From contig NW_027361754.1 of assembly GCF_039654945.1 (NCBI RefSeq), positions 5,084,001 through 5,148,000 on the forward strand: 64,000 bases of DNA, written 5' to 3'. The notes under the pieces were generated by a model that saw nothing but the letters and a program-made list of their open reading frames with translations, was not told the origin of the DNA and searched no databases. This document shows positions 23,401 through 35,991 of the stretch, in pieces. Positions within the stretch are counted from its first letter, which is position 1. Each line of letters starts with the position of its first letter. This DNA is from Dendrobates tinctorius. Its lineage: Eukaryota. Made by a program: the position numbers and the translations under genes.

Positions 23401-25214
23401 CATCTGGTTTCCGATTTTTCGGCTCAGTTTTGCTGCAATGCTCCATCAGATGCGCTTAATTCCTAGACTCCATTCACGTGCAGCTTATTTTTGGTGCAGC
23501 TCTCGCCCTCCTCCGCTGTATTCACAGTGTGGTCTGATCGCTGTTTATTGCGGAAAGGCGGCCCTGTATATTTCCTGCTGATTGACTAGTTCCAATTTAA
23601 AAAAAAAAAAGCATCAAAATCCTAATTTCTGAAACCCCCCAGTGATGTGTTAAAAGTAAAATGCTGCAGTATTGGAGTATGAGTTTTGAGAACGTGACCA
23701 CCGGCTGCAGCAGTGTGAGCCATTTTACGATCATCAGATCCATAAACTGCAGTTGGAATAAGCCCCAAAGTATACGGCAGCCGTCCTCGGTGTCTTAACG
23801 CCGCCCTGTTTTCTCCTGTAACAGATATCACCTGAAAGACGTCATTGTGGGGAAAATCTACTTCCTTTTGGTGCGAATTAAGATCAAACACATGGAGATC
23901 GATATCATCAAGCGGGAGACCACGGGCACTGGACCAAACGTCTACCACGAAAATGACACCATCGCCAAGTACGAGATCATGGACGGAGCGCCGGTGCGAG
24001 GTACCATCCACACCCGCGAGTGTTCGATAACTACCAGTGTGGGCGATTCGGCACCCAACGTTTCCAAACTCCTGAACTGCACGTCTGCCCAAAAAGTGAA
24101 CGCCGTTCCTCCATGTAATGTGCTCAGGAGCCTGGAAAAGCTGAATGACGTGTACGGGTGGCAGCCATATTGTCTCTCTCTGCAAATCCAGCATGTGTAT
24201 AGCTGCCACTTCTAATATACCCACAGGCCCCCCGCAGTGCAGGGACCATCTTTATTCTTCGAAATTGTCACACTTGATGTCCGTGGTAACTGTTTTCTTC
24301 ATCTTCCTCGACCTGTAGGTGAATCCATCCCCATCCGGCTGTTCCTGGCGGGATACGAGCTGACCCCAACGATGAGGGACATCAACAAGAAGTTCAGCGT
24401 GCGCTATTACCTCAACTTAGTGCTGATCGACGAGGAGGAGAGGCGTTACTTCAAACAGCAGGTGAGCGCCGCCCCCCCCTCGTGGTAGGAGTGAGGGGCT
24501 GCACACACTTTCATACTTCGCATGGGGGCAGAAACCAAAGTGTGAACAGAGGCAAAGTCATCTCTTATCAGCCCTGTGTATTTAGATCATGCCGCTCCGC
24601 TGGTGGCCGCCATGACTGTGCCGTCTCAATGTCACCAGACCCGCAATTGGTGCAGCAATCAGGTGATGGATAATATCTGTGCAGATGCGCCTGATCGCTG
24701 CGCCAATCGCTGGCTTCATCTGGACTATGCGGTCATTGTCTCCAGCATCGGCGCCGACCGCTAGATGCACAGGGGAGACGAACGCCTTATTCTTTGACCT
24801 CCTGGGCCGAAGAAAAAAATCTAATTAATGGTCGTCGATCCCTTTAAAGAGACACTCCTATCTCGTTCCACTTTGTCTGATCTCTGGTGACTCTGCCATG
24901 AATGTGCCGTGCAGGGGCCACAGCTCTCTGGCATCGGTGAGGATCCGAGCGGTCAGATCCGTAAAGTGATGGCGTATGCTGGCGATACATAATCGGGTGG
25001 GATGTCTGCACGTTTATTGGTTGCACCAGACAGATTATCATGCCTTCTCCCATCCTCTCTCCTCCAGGAGGTGGTGTTATGGCGTAAAGGAGACATTGTA
25101 CGGAAGAGCATGTCTCACCAGGCTGCCATCGCCTCGCAGAGATTCGAGGGAACACACCCCGACAACCGGCCACAGCTGAGTGGAGCGGCCGCAGGAGACC
25201 AGGAGAACGAGTGA
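11459..25214 (+). CDS. VPS26B: Vacuolar protein sorting-associated protein 26B (retromer subunit), complete, 336 aa
   Basis: Exons 11459-11681, 22703-22859, 23203-23367, 23825-24000, 24319-24461, 25068-25214 (1011 nt), all GT-AG. MSFFGFG..EHKTEDGKKEKYFLFYDGETVSG, ELYYDRGNHHEFVSLVKDLARPGE, ESIPIRLFLAGYELTPTMRDINKKFSVRYYLNLVLIDEEERRYFKQQEVVLWRKGDIVRKSMSHQAAIASQRFEG. Confidence 0.98.
11745..12370. repeat. Degenerate GC-rich minisatellite (about 35-38 bp) at the start of VPS26B intron 1
   Basis: Recurring GGGGACCACAGGTGCCAGCAGTGACAGGAGGTGCAGCC, including a near-exact internal block duplication (about 12095-12315). Confidence 0.85.
13440..15724 (+). mobile_element. Non-autonomous DNA transposon (probable hAT MITE, TIR CAGGGCTGTGGAGTC), copy 1, carrying an amplified 65-bp array
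   Basis: CAGGGCTGTGGAGTC at 13440 and GACTCCACAGTCTTG at 15710-15724. Interior is the reverse complement of copy 2. Confidence 0.8.
13667..15665 (+). repeat. 65-bp tandem array (about 30 units)
   Basis: Unit GTGCTGCACTTTATGTACATGCTCAGTAGTGACCAGTGCTGTGGAGTCGTAGATGAGATGAATCT. Confidence 0.98.
16670..16979. mobile_element. TTAA-type MITE nested in the DIRS 5' region
   Basis: AGGCTACGTGCACACGT...ACGTGTGCACATAGCCT termini, with internal TGCGGA/TCCGCA repeats. Confidence 0.85.
20986..21582. mobile_element. TTAA-type palindromic MITE inserted in the DIRS ICR
   Basis: TTAAGGCCCCGTCACACA...AGTGACGGGGGCTTTA termini; internal inverted repeat about 21207-21460; many CAGCGAT/ATCGCTG motifs. Confidence 0.88.
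21874..22251. mobile_element. Related TTAA-type MITE (AGGCCCCGTCACACA family)
   Basis: TTAAGGCCCCGTCACACATAGCGA...TCGCTATGTGTGAC termini. Confidence 0.8.
22427..22700 (+). repeat. CT-rich low-complexity tract forming an extended polypyrimidine tract before VPS26B exon 2
   Basis: 274 nt, pyrimidine-rich and without any AG, ending at the acceptor AG 22701-22702. Confidence 0.85.
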
Positions 25215-27417
25215 CTGCCTGTTCAGTAGGAGAACAGCTTCATTAGTGACTAAACAGACTCTCGGAGCCCACCCGTCCACCACCCGCGACCCCACAGACA
25301 CTCGGTGGGTCAAGCTTGCAGAGGGGCGGCCGGTTTCTCTTTCCTGGCCGGCTGTCTGTTCCTCTTGCTGCTACTTGACATTGTGTAATATAGGGGTGGG
25401 GGGAGGGAGGGGATCGCGCCTCTTAACCCTTTGTGTTTATACTTTTTATGCTCTCATTGGCTTGTCCTTGTCGCAGGTGAAGCCCCCGCACTTCGGGCTG
25501 GAGGTCCTAAGGGTCGGCCTGTGCACACATATAAGTGCCCCTTTATGGTGTGGTTGTAGTTAGTGCTGACCCCTCGACTATCGGTGCCCATAGAAGACCT
25601 GTCTGTCCGTTCCAAGCGCCTCTCACCAGTGTAACGCTGCTTTACCCCCTCCCTGGAGTCAGACGCACGGGATGGACCATCTCCGTTATATAGACAGTAT
25701 ATACAAAGGGGGATAATAAGGAGTTGTTTGCTGGGAAGAAGCCACACAGGTACGGTAGCTGGATCTTAAAAGGACAGACACATTCCGACCTGCGACGGAC
25801 TGTGGTGAAGTCACAAAAGTTTTCAGTCTTGTTGAATTTTATGTCGCCGTTCACAAGTCGCTCCGACGCGCACTGACATAGACTTCACTGCACTCAGACT
25901 TGCTCGCAGCTATCTGTTTTTTTTCTAATTGTCTCACAGACCTGGGCCGTAGAAGTCATGCGGTTTGTCTGAGAATTGCTGCCGCACGAAACAAGTCCTC
26001 CGCGCGGCCATCTCCGAGGAGCGGCTGATATCAGTCACCAATTGATGAAGAAATCCAGGAGGGGATGCACAGTAGTGATTGGGGGCCGGGAGGGTCTGCA
26101 CCTCAAATAAGTCATCAGACTGAAGGACAAAGTCTGTGGTGGCTGATAACAGAGAGCTATAAAGTGAGTACACCTGGCCGGAGGTTTGGACTTTGGCCGT
26201 GAAGCAGATTATGCTGTAATGCCAATAAATGGGGTCACTCGGCCACCCACGGCACTGTGACAAGCAAGGTACCACGGTTCATTCTCACGGCGGTGGTACC
26301 CCACAAGTCACGTCTCCACCCCATTCACCTGCATTACGCCACGATGGTGCTGCCATTGTGTCCTGGTCGTATACCGGTGACCATATGACGATGGTATGGT
26401 GTCTGTCGGGTGAAGGCACGGAGGTATCTCATTAATGATCTGGTTTTATATAAGCTAAAAAACGAGGATCTCATCTCCTTAAGTGGGGGCGGTGACCTAT
26501 GGGACCCCTGACAGATCCAGAGAGAAGCGTGGCCGTGATGGTTCAGCACCGCGGTGCCTTCGTGGTTTTCCGTGCATAATGTGGCCCCAGGAACAGCCCT
26601 GTCATCCTGGGGCCCTGCTGTGCAGAGAAACAATGGCTGATCCGCCGCCCCTTTATTCTCTGTGTGGGTAATGGTCTCAGAGATCGGACCCCCAAGATCA
26701 TAAAGTCCCAGCGCTTACTTTATATGATTGATATACCTCTTGCCAGAACTAGAAAGTTTACGGGATGGGGGGAGGTATTCTGGAGTCTCCTCTGGGACAG
26801 GATGACGTACCCATCCTCTCGCCAGAGACAGTCATTGGCGTGGCGTCTTCTGTATGGACACGGACTGTAAATCACAGCCGATCACCGACCTGATGCATCG
26901 GGATGACTGTCCTATAGTATAGGCATGAAGGAACTGAAGAGGTTATTGACGCCTTCTGGCTGCATATCCCATCGGGCCTCCATTAGGACAAGCTCTTTCT
27001 GAATCTCGTCAGATGTCCGACAACATTGTCCTCTGTGTGCAGCGACCAAAACGTGCGACCCCACAGCTTTTATATACAATAGGGCATTAGTCTGCGTCTC
27101 TGATCCTGACACATCTCTGTTAGCCAATGCTGGAATCCCCAAGAAATAACCGTACTGGAGCACATTTCCATGTGCATTGTGCCGTTCCTCTGTTTTCCCT
27201 CCTGGAAATGGTAGAAAACAATGCGACAATTTGACTCGCATAACAGTGGGGTGTAAATATCTACAATGTCTGATACTGATCACGAGAACACATAGGGATG
27301 CGGCTTAATAACAATGGGGACGCCCTGCTGTCAGGATGGTCATGCATTTCCAATAGGGATAAAAAAATCAACACAAAGCAGAATTTCTAGATTTTTTTTC
27401 CTAAATGGGGAATATAA

Positions 27418-27570
27418 AAGGGAACCTGTCACCACTTTTTTGACCTACTATTTAAAAAATATCATTCAATTGTCAGCTATGCGTTCCAGAACTAGTTGTG
27501 GAACACATATCTGACACTCAAATGATATATTTACCTAGTAGACCAAAAAAGTGATGACAGGTTCTCTTTA
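27418..27570. mobile_element. Internally deleted T2-like MITE in the probable VPS26B 3' UTR
   Basis: AAGGGAACCTGTCACCACTTTTT...AAAAAGTGATGACAGGTTCTCTTTAA; shares both ends with the 35992-36870 element. Confidence 0.8.
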
Positions 27571-27912
27571 AGTATTTACTAGATTAAACCTGTCAATCAT
27601 CCTGCAAACTGGACGAACATGCAGAATTCAACCTCCACGCACGTCACAACTCGCCGTGTCATATTGTCCACCTCACAGTATTTTCTAGATGCCATTTGCA
27701 TTTACAAAAACATGTCCCCCCAAAAAAGGAAATTTTCCTTTCACTTTGACTCATCAAATCCGTTGCGAGGACGGCAATGCACCAAAATATGGAGAGGAGC
27801 GAGCAAAGCCCAGTGTATACCGTATACAGCTGGCACATCTCCCACATGTAAGGTAAGGGTTAAAGACGACATTATCAGTATTTTTTGTTATGTTAAAATA
27901 AAAACTGTATAA

Positions 27913-28254
27913 AATAAAGTCCCAGTATTTCACGTTTTCCCGGGGTACAGTAATGGGTACAACCGCTGCCCCTGGCACATGGTATATTGCAGTGTATTTA
28001 TTAGGTGGGCACTAATGTATTGCACTTTGCACCCATGGCCGTGCCCTTAACCCCACTATTAGATTGTAAGCTCTTGGGAGCCAGGCTGTGGCGCCCACGC
28101 TGCACATCTGCCAGAAACATTTGGACACATTGCAGAAAGGTTAAAGTTCACTCTCGATCCAGAAATCAACCTCCATTCCGACTGCAGTGTTTATTTCCCA
28201 TGGTTCATTGTATAAATGTCTATTTTACATTGTTTTTATTAGTCTCAGATTAAA
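27913..28254 (+). terminator. Candidate VPS26B polyadenylation signals
   Basis: AATAAA at about 27913 and ATTAAA at about 28249 in U-rich, 3'-UTR-like sequence. The true cleavage site cannot be determined from DNA. Confidence 0.4.
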
Positions 28255-28299
28255 TAACAATGTCTCAGAATGAAGAAGGGTGCTCATTATGTTGGGGGA

Positions 28300-28990
28300 T
28301 GCTCTTTGGCCGAAAGGTGCTTCTAGAGCGGACAGAGCACTCCTCGTGCAGAGAGGTGATCATTATGTGAAGAGCGCTTATTGTACAGACGGAGTCTCCT
28401 TGACTAAACGTGTGCACCTTGGGAGGAGGGGCTACTCTGTGCAGGGATCTGCTCCTGGGGTGGGGCGCTCTTTGTGCAGGGAGCTGCTCCTGGGGCAGAG
28501 GGGAGGGAGCTGCTCCTGGGACAGAATGGGTTGTGCCTTGTGTAGGGATCTTCTCCAGAGGCTGAGGGGGGCACTCCTTGTGCGGGGGGCTCATGCAGGG
28601 GGCTGTTCCTGGGACGCAAAGTGTTCCTTGTGTAGGGGACTGCTCCTGGAGCATTCGGTGTGCTCCTCGTGCAGGGGGCTTCTGGGGATGCTCCTCATGC
28701 AGGGAGCTTCTCCTGGGGCAGAGAGGGCTGCTCCTTGAGCGGAGGGGGCGTTCCTTGGGTGGAGGGGGCTGCTCCTGGGGCAAAGAGGGCAGCTCCTGGA
28801 GCAGAGAGTGCTGCTCCTTGTACAGTGGACTGCTCCTGGGGTGGAGGGGGCTGCTCCTGGGGCAGAGAGGGCTGTTCCTTGTACAGGGGCCTGCTCGTAG
28901 GGCAGAGGGGGGTGCTCCTTGTGCAGGGGGCTCCTCCTGGGCCAGATGAGGGTGCTCCTTGTACAGGGGGCTTCTCCTGGGGCAGAGGGG
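28300..28990. repeat. Degenerate G-rich minisatellite
   Basis: Recurring GCTGCTCCTGGGGCAGAGAGG and TCCTTGTGCAGGGG. Confidence 0.85.
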
Positions 28991-29738
28991 TGTATTCATT
29001 AGCTGGAGGTGGGGTGTCTAATGGACGGACCACACAAGCCCTGGGGTCCCAATCTCCATATTTTCTGCTCTGTTAACAATCAAAGCTTTAATCAGATTGC
29101 TGCTCAAATCCTGTAACTCGGGCACAATGCATTGTGGGCCGCGGGTACATTATGGAGCATTTACCCCAGTGATTGGCCATTGAGCTTTGCAGGAAAGATC
29201 ATTCCCCATTATTCACCGGTGTCGATGCTCGTTAGTTCGTATAGTTTATTCTGTCTTCATCTGCGTTTGATAATGGAGCAGACGTCCGCACCGGATCTGA
29301 CAACAATGGTGCTAAATTGTAGTCTTTCCAAGGGCGACGCAGACATTGCCTTTAATTATGGTGGTTTAGGCCCCGATTCATGGTTGCTTTTGCGTCTCTT
29401 TTCAGGACTCGTATTCTTCTTCTTTGAACTCTTTTGACTCCTGATTTTTTTGGTTGTTTCTTTTCACCATTTGTGGGCGAATATTTGTGTCTCCTGATGT
29501 TTCCGCCTTATTCATCACCTTGCAACTTTTTGAAAATTTGAGCCATTTTTATGCTATTGTTCTCTGGCACCGTGTGAGGTTTAAAAAAATTTGGGGGGGA
29601 CGCAGTGCGGCGTTTTAATGCTTCTTGAAAGGATCGGTCCTGGCCCTCGTTCACCCGACCGTGCAGAGGGAGCATTTTAGCGTCCCTGCTATGGCTGTAA
29701 GGCCTGGCCTCATTACTGCCCTGAATAACCACATTATA

Positions 29739-31326
29739 CAGTCATGGCCAAAAGTTTAGAGAATGACACAAATATTATATTTTCACATGATCTGCTGGCC
29801 TCTGGTTTTTATGTGTGTTTGTCAGATGTTTTTATCACATACAGAAATATAATTGCAATCATATTATGAGTAGCAAAAGGTTATATTGACAGTTAGAATG
29901 AGTTAATGCAGCAAGTCAATATTTGCAGTGTTGACCCTTCTTCTTCAGGACCTCAGCAATTCTCCCTGGCATGCTCTCAATCAACTTCTGGATCAAATCC
30001 TGACTGATAGCAGTCCATTCTTGCAAAATCAATGCTTTTATTTTGTCTGAATTTGAAGGTTTTTGTTTGTCCACCCGTCTCTTGATGACTGACCACAAGT
30101 TCTCAATGGGATTAAGATCTGGGGAGTTTCCAGGCCATGGTCCCAAAATCTCTATGTTTTGTTCCCTGAGCCATTTAGTTATCACCTTTGCTTTATGGCA
30201 AGGTGCTCCATAATGTTGAAAAAGGCATTGTTGATCGCCAAACTGCTCTTGGACGGTTGGGAGAAGTTGCTCTTGGAGGACATTCTGGTACCATTCTTTA
30301 TTCATGGCTGTGTTTTTAGGCAAGACTGAGAGAGAGCCCATTCCCTTGGCTGAGAAGCAACCCCACACATGAATGGTTTCAGGATGCTTGACAGTTGGCA
30401 TGAGACAAGACTGGTGGTAGCGCTCACCTGGTCTTCTACGAATAAGCCGTTTTCCAGATGTCCCAAATAATCGATAAGGGGATTCATCAGAGAAAATGAC
30501 TTTACCCTAGTCCTCAGCAGTCCACTCCCTGTACCTCTTGCAGAATATCAGTCTGTCCATGATGTTTTTCCTGGAGAGAAGTGGCTTCTTTGCTGCCCTC
30601 CTTGAGACCAGGTCTTGCTCCAAGAGTCTCCGCCTCACAGTACGTGCAGATGCACTCACAGTACGTGCAGATGCACTCACACCTGCCTGCTGCCATTCCT
30701 GAGCAAGCTCTGCACTGCTGGTAGCCCGATCCCACAGCTGAAACACTTTTAAGAGACGGTCCTGGCGCTTGCTGGTCTGTCTTAGGCGCCCTGGAGCCTT
30801 TTTGGCAACAAGGGAACCTCTCTCCTTGAAGTTCTTGATGATGCGATAGATTGTTGACTGAGGTGCAATCTTTCTAGCTGCGATACTCTTCCCTGTTAGG
30901 CCATTTTTGTGCAGTGCAATGATGACTGCACGTGTTTCTTTAGAGATAACCATGATTAACAGAAAAGAAACAATGATGCCAAGCACCAGCCTCCTTTTAA
31001 AGTGTCCAGTGGTGTCATTCTTACTTAATCATGACAGATTGATCTCCAGCCCTGTCCTCATCAACACCCACACCTGTGTTAATGGAGCAATCACTGAAGC
31101 GATGTTAGCTGGTCCTTTTAAGGCAGGGCTGCAATGATGTTGAAATGTGTTTTGGGGGATAAAGTTAATTTTCTAGGCAAATATTGACTTTGCAAGTAAT
31201 TGCTGTTAAGCTGATCACTCTTTATAACATTCTGGAGTATATGCAAATTGCCATTAGAAAAAATGAAGCAGTAGACTTTGTAAAAATTAATATTTGTGTC
31301 ATTCTCTAAACTTTTGGCCATGACTG
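29739..31326 (-). mobile_element. Full-length Tc1 transposon with inactivated transposase, between the VPS26B and THYN1 3' ends
   Basis: TA-flanked TIRs CAGTCATGGCCAAAAGTTTAGAGAATGACACAAATATTA. One reading frame from about 30950 to 29916 with a single in-frame stop at 30507-30509; FSDES, QHYGAPCH and [11 protein letters not shown] motifs. Confidence 0.96.
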
Positions 31327-31738
31327 TACTGTTACAAAGATTGTCTGGGACTTAGGAAATCACTAGCAGAGAGAGGAGGTGGTGTGACACCTGGCCCCCC
31401 CAACTAATCACGTTTGCAGGTCACAGCAGTCGGATGTAAGATGTATGGGGCAGCACAGCACCCTCCACTATAGTGGCTATTCCTGGTACTACATCTCAGC
31501 TATTGAAGTGTGATCTGAGCTGCAGTACTGAGGACGGCCACTGCACGGAGAATGGAGCTGTGGGACCTGCAAACAGCTGATCGGGGGCAGCTAACGACTG
31601 AGGCCTCACAGGGACCCCATATCTCCAGGCAGGGACCACAACCACAACACTAACCTTAAACTTTTAATACTATAAAAAAAATACAGTAGGAAGTAGGAAA
31701 AAAAAAAAAAGCAAAGGAGAGGGGCGGCTGGTCGTTCA

Positions 31739-34223
31739 TCAGTCGCTTTTCTGCTCCGGGGTCTTCTTTTCCAGGCTCAATATAAAGTCAAACTCTTCTG
31801 TAATAAGAGAAGACTACATTTATTTAAAGATGTGGTGTACCCCGACCTTTTATAACCATAAGAGTAGCCATGATGCCCCCCCTAGTGGCAGAATACAGGA
31901 CCTCAGGCACTTTACACTCACCTTGTGTTAGAGGCTGCACAGACAGCCTCGCTTGGGTGAAGAGCGCCACGGCTCGGAGGGGGCCGCCGTCCATCTTGTG
32001 CTTTTGGTGAAGGGTCTTCAGTTCCGCCAGAGAAATGTAACGTCTCAGCATTCGGACAAACTGCACGTCCACCTGTAGGGGGCGGTGCAGCGATTATGCG
32101 GGTTTATGATTTTTCAGAAGAGGAGTGCATTGGGGGAAATGACATGACAGCTGCACGATCTGCTGAGCGAGCTGAAAATTGACTTACAGAAAACAGCGCC
32201 ACCCCTGTGCACAGGTTATGTCTGGTATTACAGCACTGTACCCACTGAAATGCTTGGGAGGGCGGAATGAGATGTAATACCAGACATAACCTACAAGCAG
32301 GGGTGGCACTGTCTACTAGTAACGCCACACCGTGCGACCCCCCATTGACCCCTTATCTGTGACGTCGGGGCGCACTCACCATGCACCATCTTGGGTTGTT
32401 TTTATCGCTGGCAGCATCATAATGTGGATTCTTTGGATCAAACTGTGTGTGGTCTGGGTGGGCTTCCTTCACAACCTAGGAAAAAAGGCACGATGGGAAA
32501 CAAGTGACAACCTGCGGAGCCTCGCTCCTTTCACCATCCATCCAGAAACGTGATGACACCGACCGATATCTCACTCCATCAAGAAACAGGTCATTTTTTT
32601 TTCAATCTTTCTTCAGTCTTACCGTTTTGCTTATGCAGCCCCCATACACAACTATTCATAACCCGATCCTGCACTAAGACGCTGAAAGGCAGAGGGAACG
32701 GAGTGACACAAGATTTTGCCACCACCTCACTGATCAGACTACACCGGGTCCGTTTGTAGTCTGTAACCATGGAGACACAGCTATGAATGGGAGCTGTGTA
32801 CATAAAACAGTAAAGTTCTTCTAATCCTGTAATAGGTTAGGTGTGCACGCTATGACTGGTTATTACGTTCCTGACATTATTGGCTCATAGACCCCTGCCC
32901 GTCGGACCCACCTTGACAATTCCCGCGATCCCGGGCTCCTTGCAGTTGCTGTGATAGAAGAACGCCTCCTGCCCGATCTTCATCGCTCTCAGGAAGTTTC
33001 TCGCCTGGAGACATAAAAGTATAAAATAATAATGGACCCGGAGTTCTGCTGTCGGTCTCATCCGCGGGTCCCCGGACCTGGTAGTTCCGGACTCCGTCCC
33101 AGCTCGCCGTCTGTTTCGGCTGCGCCTTCAAATCTTCTATACCAAACTGAAAAGCATAAAAAAAAACTAAAATGTGACCCGTTTTGTACATACAGCTCCT
33201 ATGCAGAGCTATGTGTCTCCATGGTGACACACTACAAAACAAACCTGTGTAGTTGGATCATCCAGCCCAACTCCCACCTGTACATTCACTACATTACTTA
33301 GGAGGATGTGAGTGATGCTGCAGGATCACACTACAGATGGGACTGGACTAGTCTGTTACCATGGCGACACATCAGGTCCAGGTGACCACAAAATGTTACT
33401 GGCGGCACCATGAATGGCCGCTATCATCATGTGATGTGACAGCACTACCCAGAAGATGATGGGTAAAGACTATCTTTTAAAGTCCCTTTAAGTCCCCCAC
33501 CCCTGACCTTCATGTCCATGCCCTTCTCCATTCTGCTCTCAGGCTCAGACTTCATCAGCCAGCAGTGATATTCTGCCTTCCGACTGTCAGCAGAGGTAGA
33601 CGGCCCGGCCACTTTCTTTTGAGTCCTCACAACTTTCTTTGCCCTCAAGTTGCCCCCCAGGTGACGTTCATCTTTTTCATCTGTGCAGTGATAAAGATTT
33701 TTCGGGTCATTTCTACTTTGCATGGTGTAGGGAAAATCTGAAGTTTCAACTTGGAAACCATCAACAAGCTGCTGTTGTCAGATCAGTTATTCCGCTTAGT
33801 AGTGGTGCTGTGAATGGTCCATTAGTCATGAAACCAGCACATGGACTCCATTGAGAGGGCCACCTGCTCTGGAATCCTCTAAGTCAGCATGGAGCCCCCT
33901 CAGATGACTCAAGCTGTCCAATATCTAGTCACAACAGCTCCGCTCCACATGGGGACTTTACAGTACAAGAATTACAACTGTATGAACTATAAAACCAAGT
34001 AAGATCTGTCAGCAGCTTCTTGTTGATGGTTTCCAGGCCACGTACAGGAAAAGCAATAAGTATACAGAACGCTGTCTGAGGTCTGCAGCCGCCAGTGTCT
34101 TTCCCGGGCATCGGCTTTGTGTGTCATCCGGACTGGTGGCAGCACCCAGGCGAGTGTGACGGAGCCGACTGCTGACTGACCTGCAGCCGGAGACGCCGCG
34201 CGCTTCCTCTTACTCCGATGCAT
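31739..34223 (-). CDS. THYN1: Thymocyte nuclear protein 1 (EVE domain), complete, 227 aa
   Basis: Exons (minus): 34223-34181, 33680-33508, 33146-33078, 33004-32912, 32475-32380, 32072-31922, 31797-31739 (684 nt), all GT-AG. WLMKSEPESR, WDGVRNYQARNFLRAMK, FFYHSNCKEPGIAG, VDVQFVRM, RLSVQPLTQEEFDF. An acceptor just upstream of the ATG implies a non-coding first exon near 38555-38580. Confidence 0.97.
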
Positions 34224-34289
34224 CGGTCAATTCCTGAATCAGAAAATGTGAGAAATTCAAAGAAAAAAGTGAGGTCAGGTAAAGAACTG

Positions 34290-35210
34290 TGGCCAGAGGA
34301 GGCGCTGCTGCTGCAACCGCTGTATGATCGGCCAGAGGAGGCGCTGCTGCAACCGCTGTATGATCGGCCAGAGGAGGCTCTGTTGCCACTGTAACCGCTG
34401 TATGATCAGCCAGAGGAGGCTCTGTTGCCACTGTAACCGCTGTATGATCAGCCAGAGGAGGCGCTGCTGCTGCAACCGCTGTATGATCGGCCAGAGGAGG
34501 CGCCGCTGCTGCAACCACTGTATGATCGGCCAGAGGAGGCGCCGCTGCTGCAACCGCTGTATGATCGGCCAGAGGAGGCGCTGCTGCCGCTGCAACCGCT
34601 GTATGATCAGCCAGAGGAGGCGCCGCTGCAACCACTGTATGATCAGCCAGAGGAGGCGCCACTGCAACCACTGTATGATCAGCCAGAGGAGGCGCCGCTG
34701 CTGCAACTGCTGTATGATCAGCAAGAGGAGGCGCCGCTGCAACCGCTGTATGATCGGCCAGAGGAGGCGCTGTTGCGGCTGCAACCACTGTATGATCAGC
34801 CAGAGGAGGCGCCGCTGCTGCAACCACTGTATGATCGGCCAGAGGAGGCGCCGCTGCTGCAAACGCTGTATGATCGGCCAGAGGAGGCTCTGTTGCCACT
34901 GTAACCGCTGTATGATCAGCCAGAGGAGGCACTGCTGCTGCAACCGCTGTATGATCGGCCAGAGGAGGCGCTGCTGCTGCTGCAACCGCTGTATGATCAG
35001 CCAGAGGAGGCGCCGCTGCAACCACTGTATGATCAGCCAGAGGAGGCGCCGCTGCAACTGCTGTATGATCAGCCAGAGGAGGCGCCGCTGCAACTGCTGT
35101 ATGATCAGCCAGAGGAGGCGCCGCTGCTGCAACTGCTGTATGATCAGCCAGACGAGGCGCCGCTGCTGCAACCACTGTGTGATCGGTCAGAGGAGGCGCC
35201 GCTGCAACCA
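34290..35210. repeat. 36/39/42-bp GC-rich minisatellite (about 23 units) in the THYN1 5' intron
   Basis: Unit TGTATGATCGGCCAGAGGAGGCG(CCG/CTG)nCAACCGC. Confidence 0.96.
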
Positions 35211-35991
35211 CGGTACGATGGGACTCATGGGGAGTTCCCGGTATACAGAGGGTCTTGTGGGGTGTGTTTGTAGGGTCTTCCCGGTGGGGGTCTCATGGGG
35301 TATTCCCACATGGGCGAACAAACCACCATTTCAGCTGCACGGGCCCAGAGGCTCCAAAGGGCCCCTGCAGGGTGGCTAATCATGAGGGCAATCTGGCCTG
35401 TTTCTCCGGGGCCAAGGCTCCGTGGGGACCCTGGCCAGATTGCCTTCATGTGCGGTGGGCAGGAGATCCCTGCAGCTCCGCTGCCTGCAAGAGAACATGG
35501 CAGCAGAGCTGCAGCGATCCGTCCTGCTCCCTGCCCGCACTTTCTGTCTCTGTCACAGCAGTCAGCAGCGCGGCTGACGGCTGTGCCAGAGAGAGGAAGC
35601 TACAGTGCAGGTGAAGGTGATGCTGCGGGACAGCGTGCGGTGAGGGGAGTGTAGCTGCAGGCGAAGGTGATGCTGCGGGAGCGCGTGCAGTGAGAGTGTA
35701 GGAGAGGGGAATGATGGGGGTGATTGCAGAAAAGGCAATAATGGGGTGGTAGGGGAGAAAGCAATGATGGAGGTGGTGGAATGGGCATTGATGGGGTGGT
35801 GGGGAAAAGGCAGTGATGGTGGTAGTGGAAAGGGCAATGATGGGGTGGTGGGGGAGAAAGCAATGATAGATGTGGAAAGGGCAATGATGGGGAGAGGATA
35901 ATGAGGGGTGTGGGGGATTGGGAAGAGGGATTTATAATGGATTTAGGAACGGGGAGGTGGAGGAAAAGGTTATTAGCGCTTATTATGCTTA

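Noticed and set aside
23847-24215. 122-aa ORF extending VPS26B exon 4
   Set aside because: Chance read-through past the donor at 24001; VPS26B homology resumes at exon 5.
28265-29076. 244-aa and overlapping Pro/Gln- or Gly/Cys-rich ORFs
   Set aside because: Derived from a degenerate G-rich minisatellite; open in several frames with no recognisable domain.
29030-29735. Possible LINE ORF1 remnant (FPAKL-like peptide on minus)
   Set aside because: Too short and interrupted by stops to support a call.
34324-35379. 351-aa protamine- or metallothionein-like Cys/Arg ORF as a gene
   Set aside because: It is one of three open frames of a minisatellite, with no promoter or splice support. Kept only as a low-interest finding.
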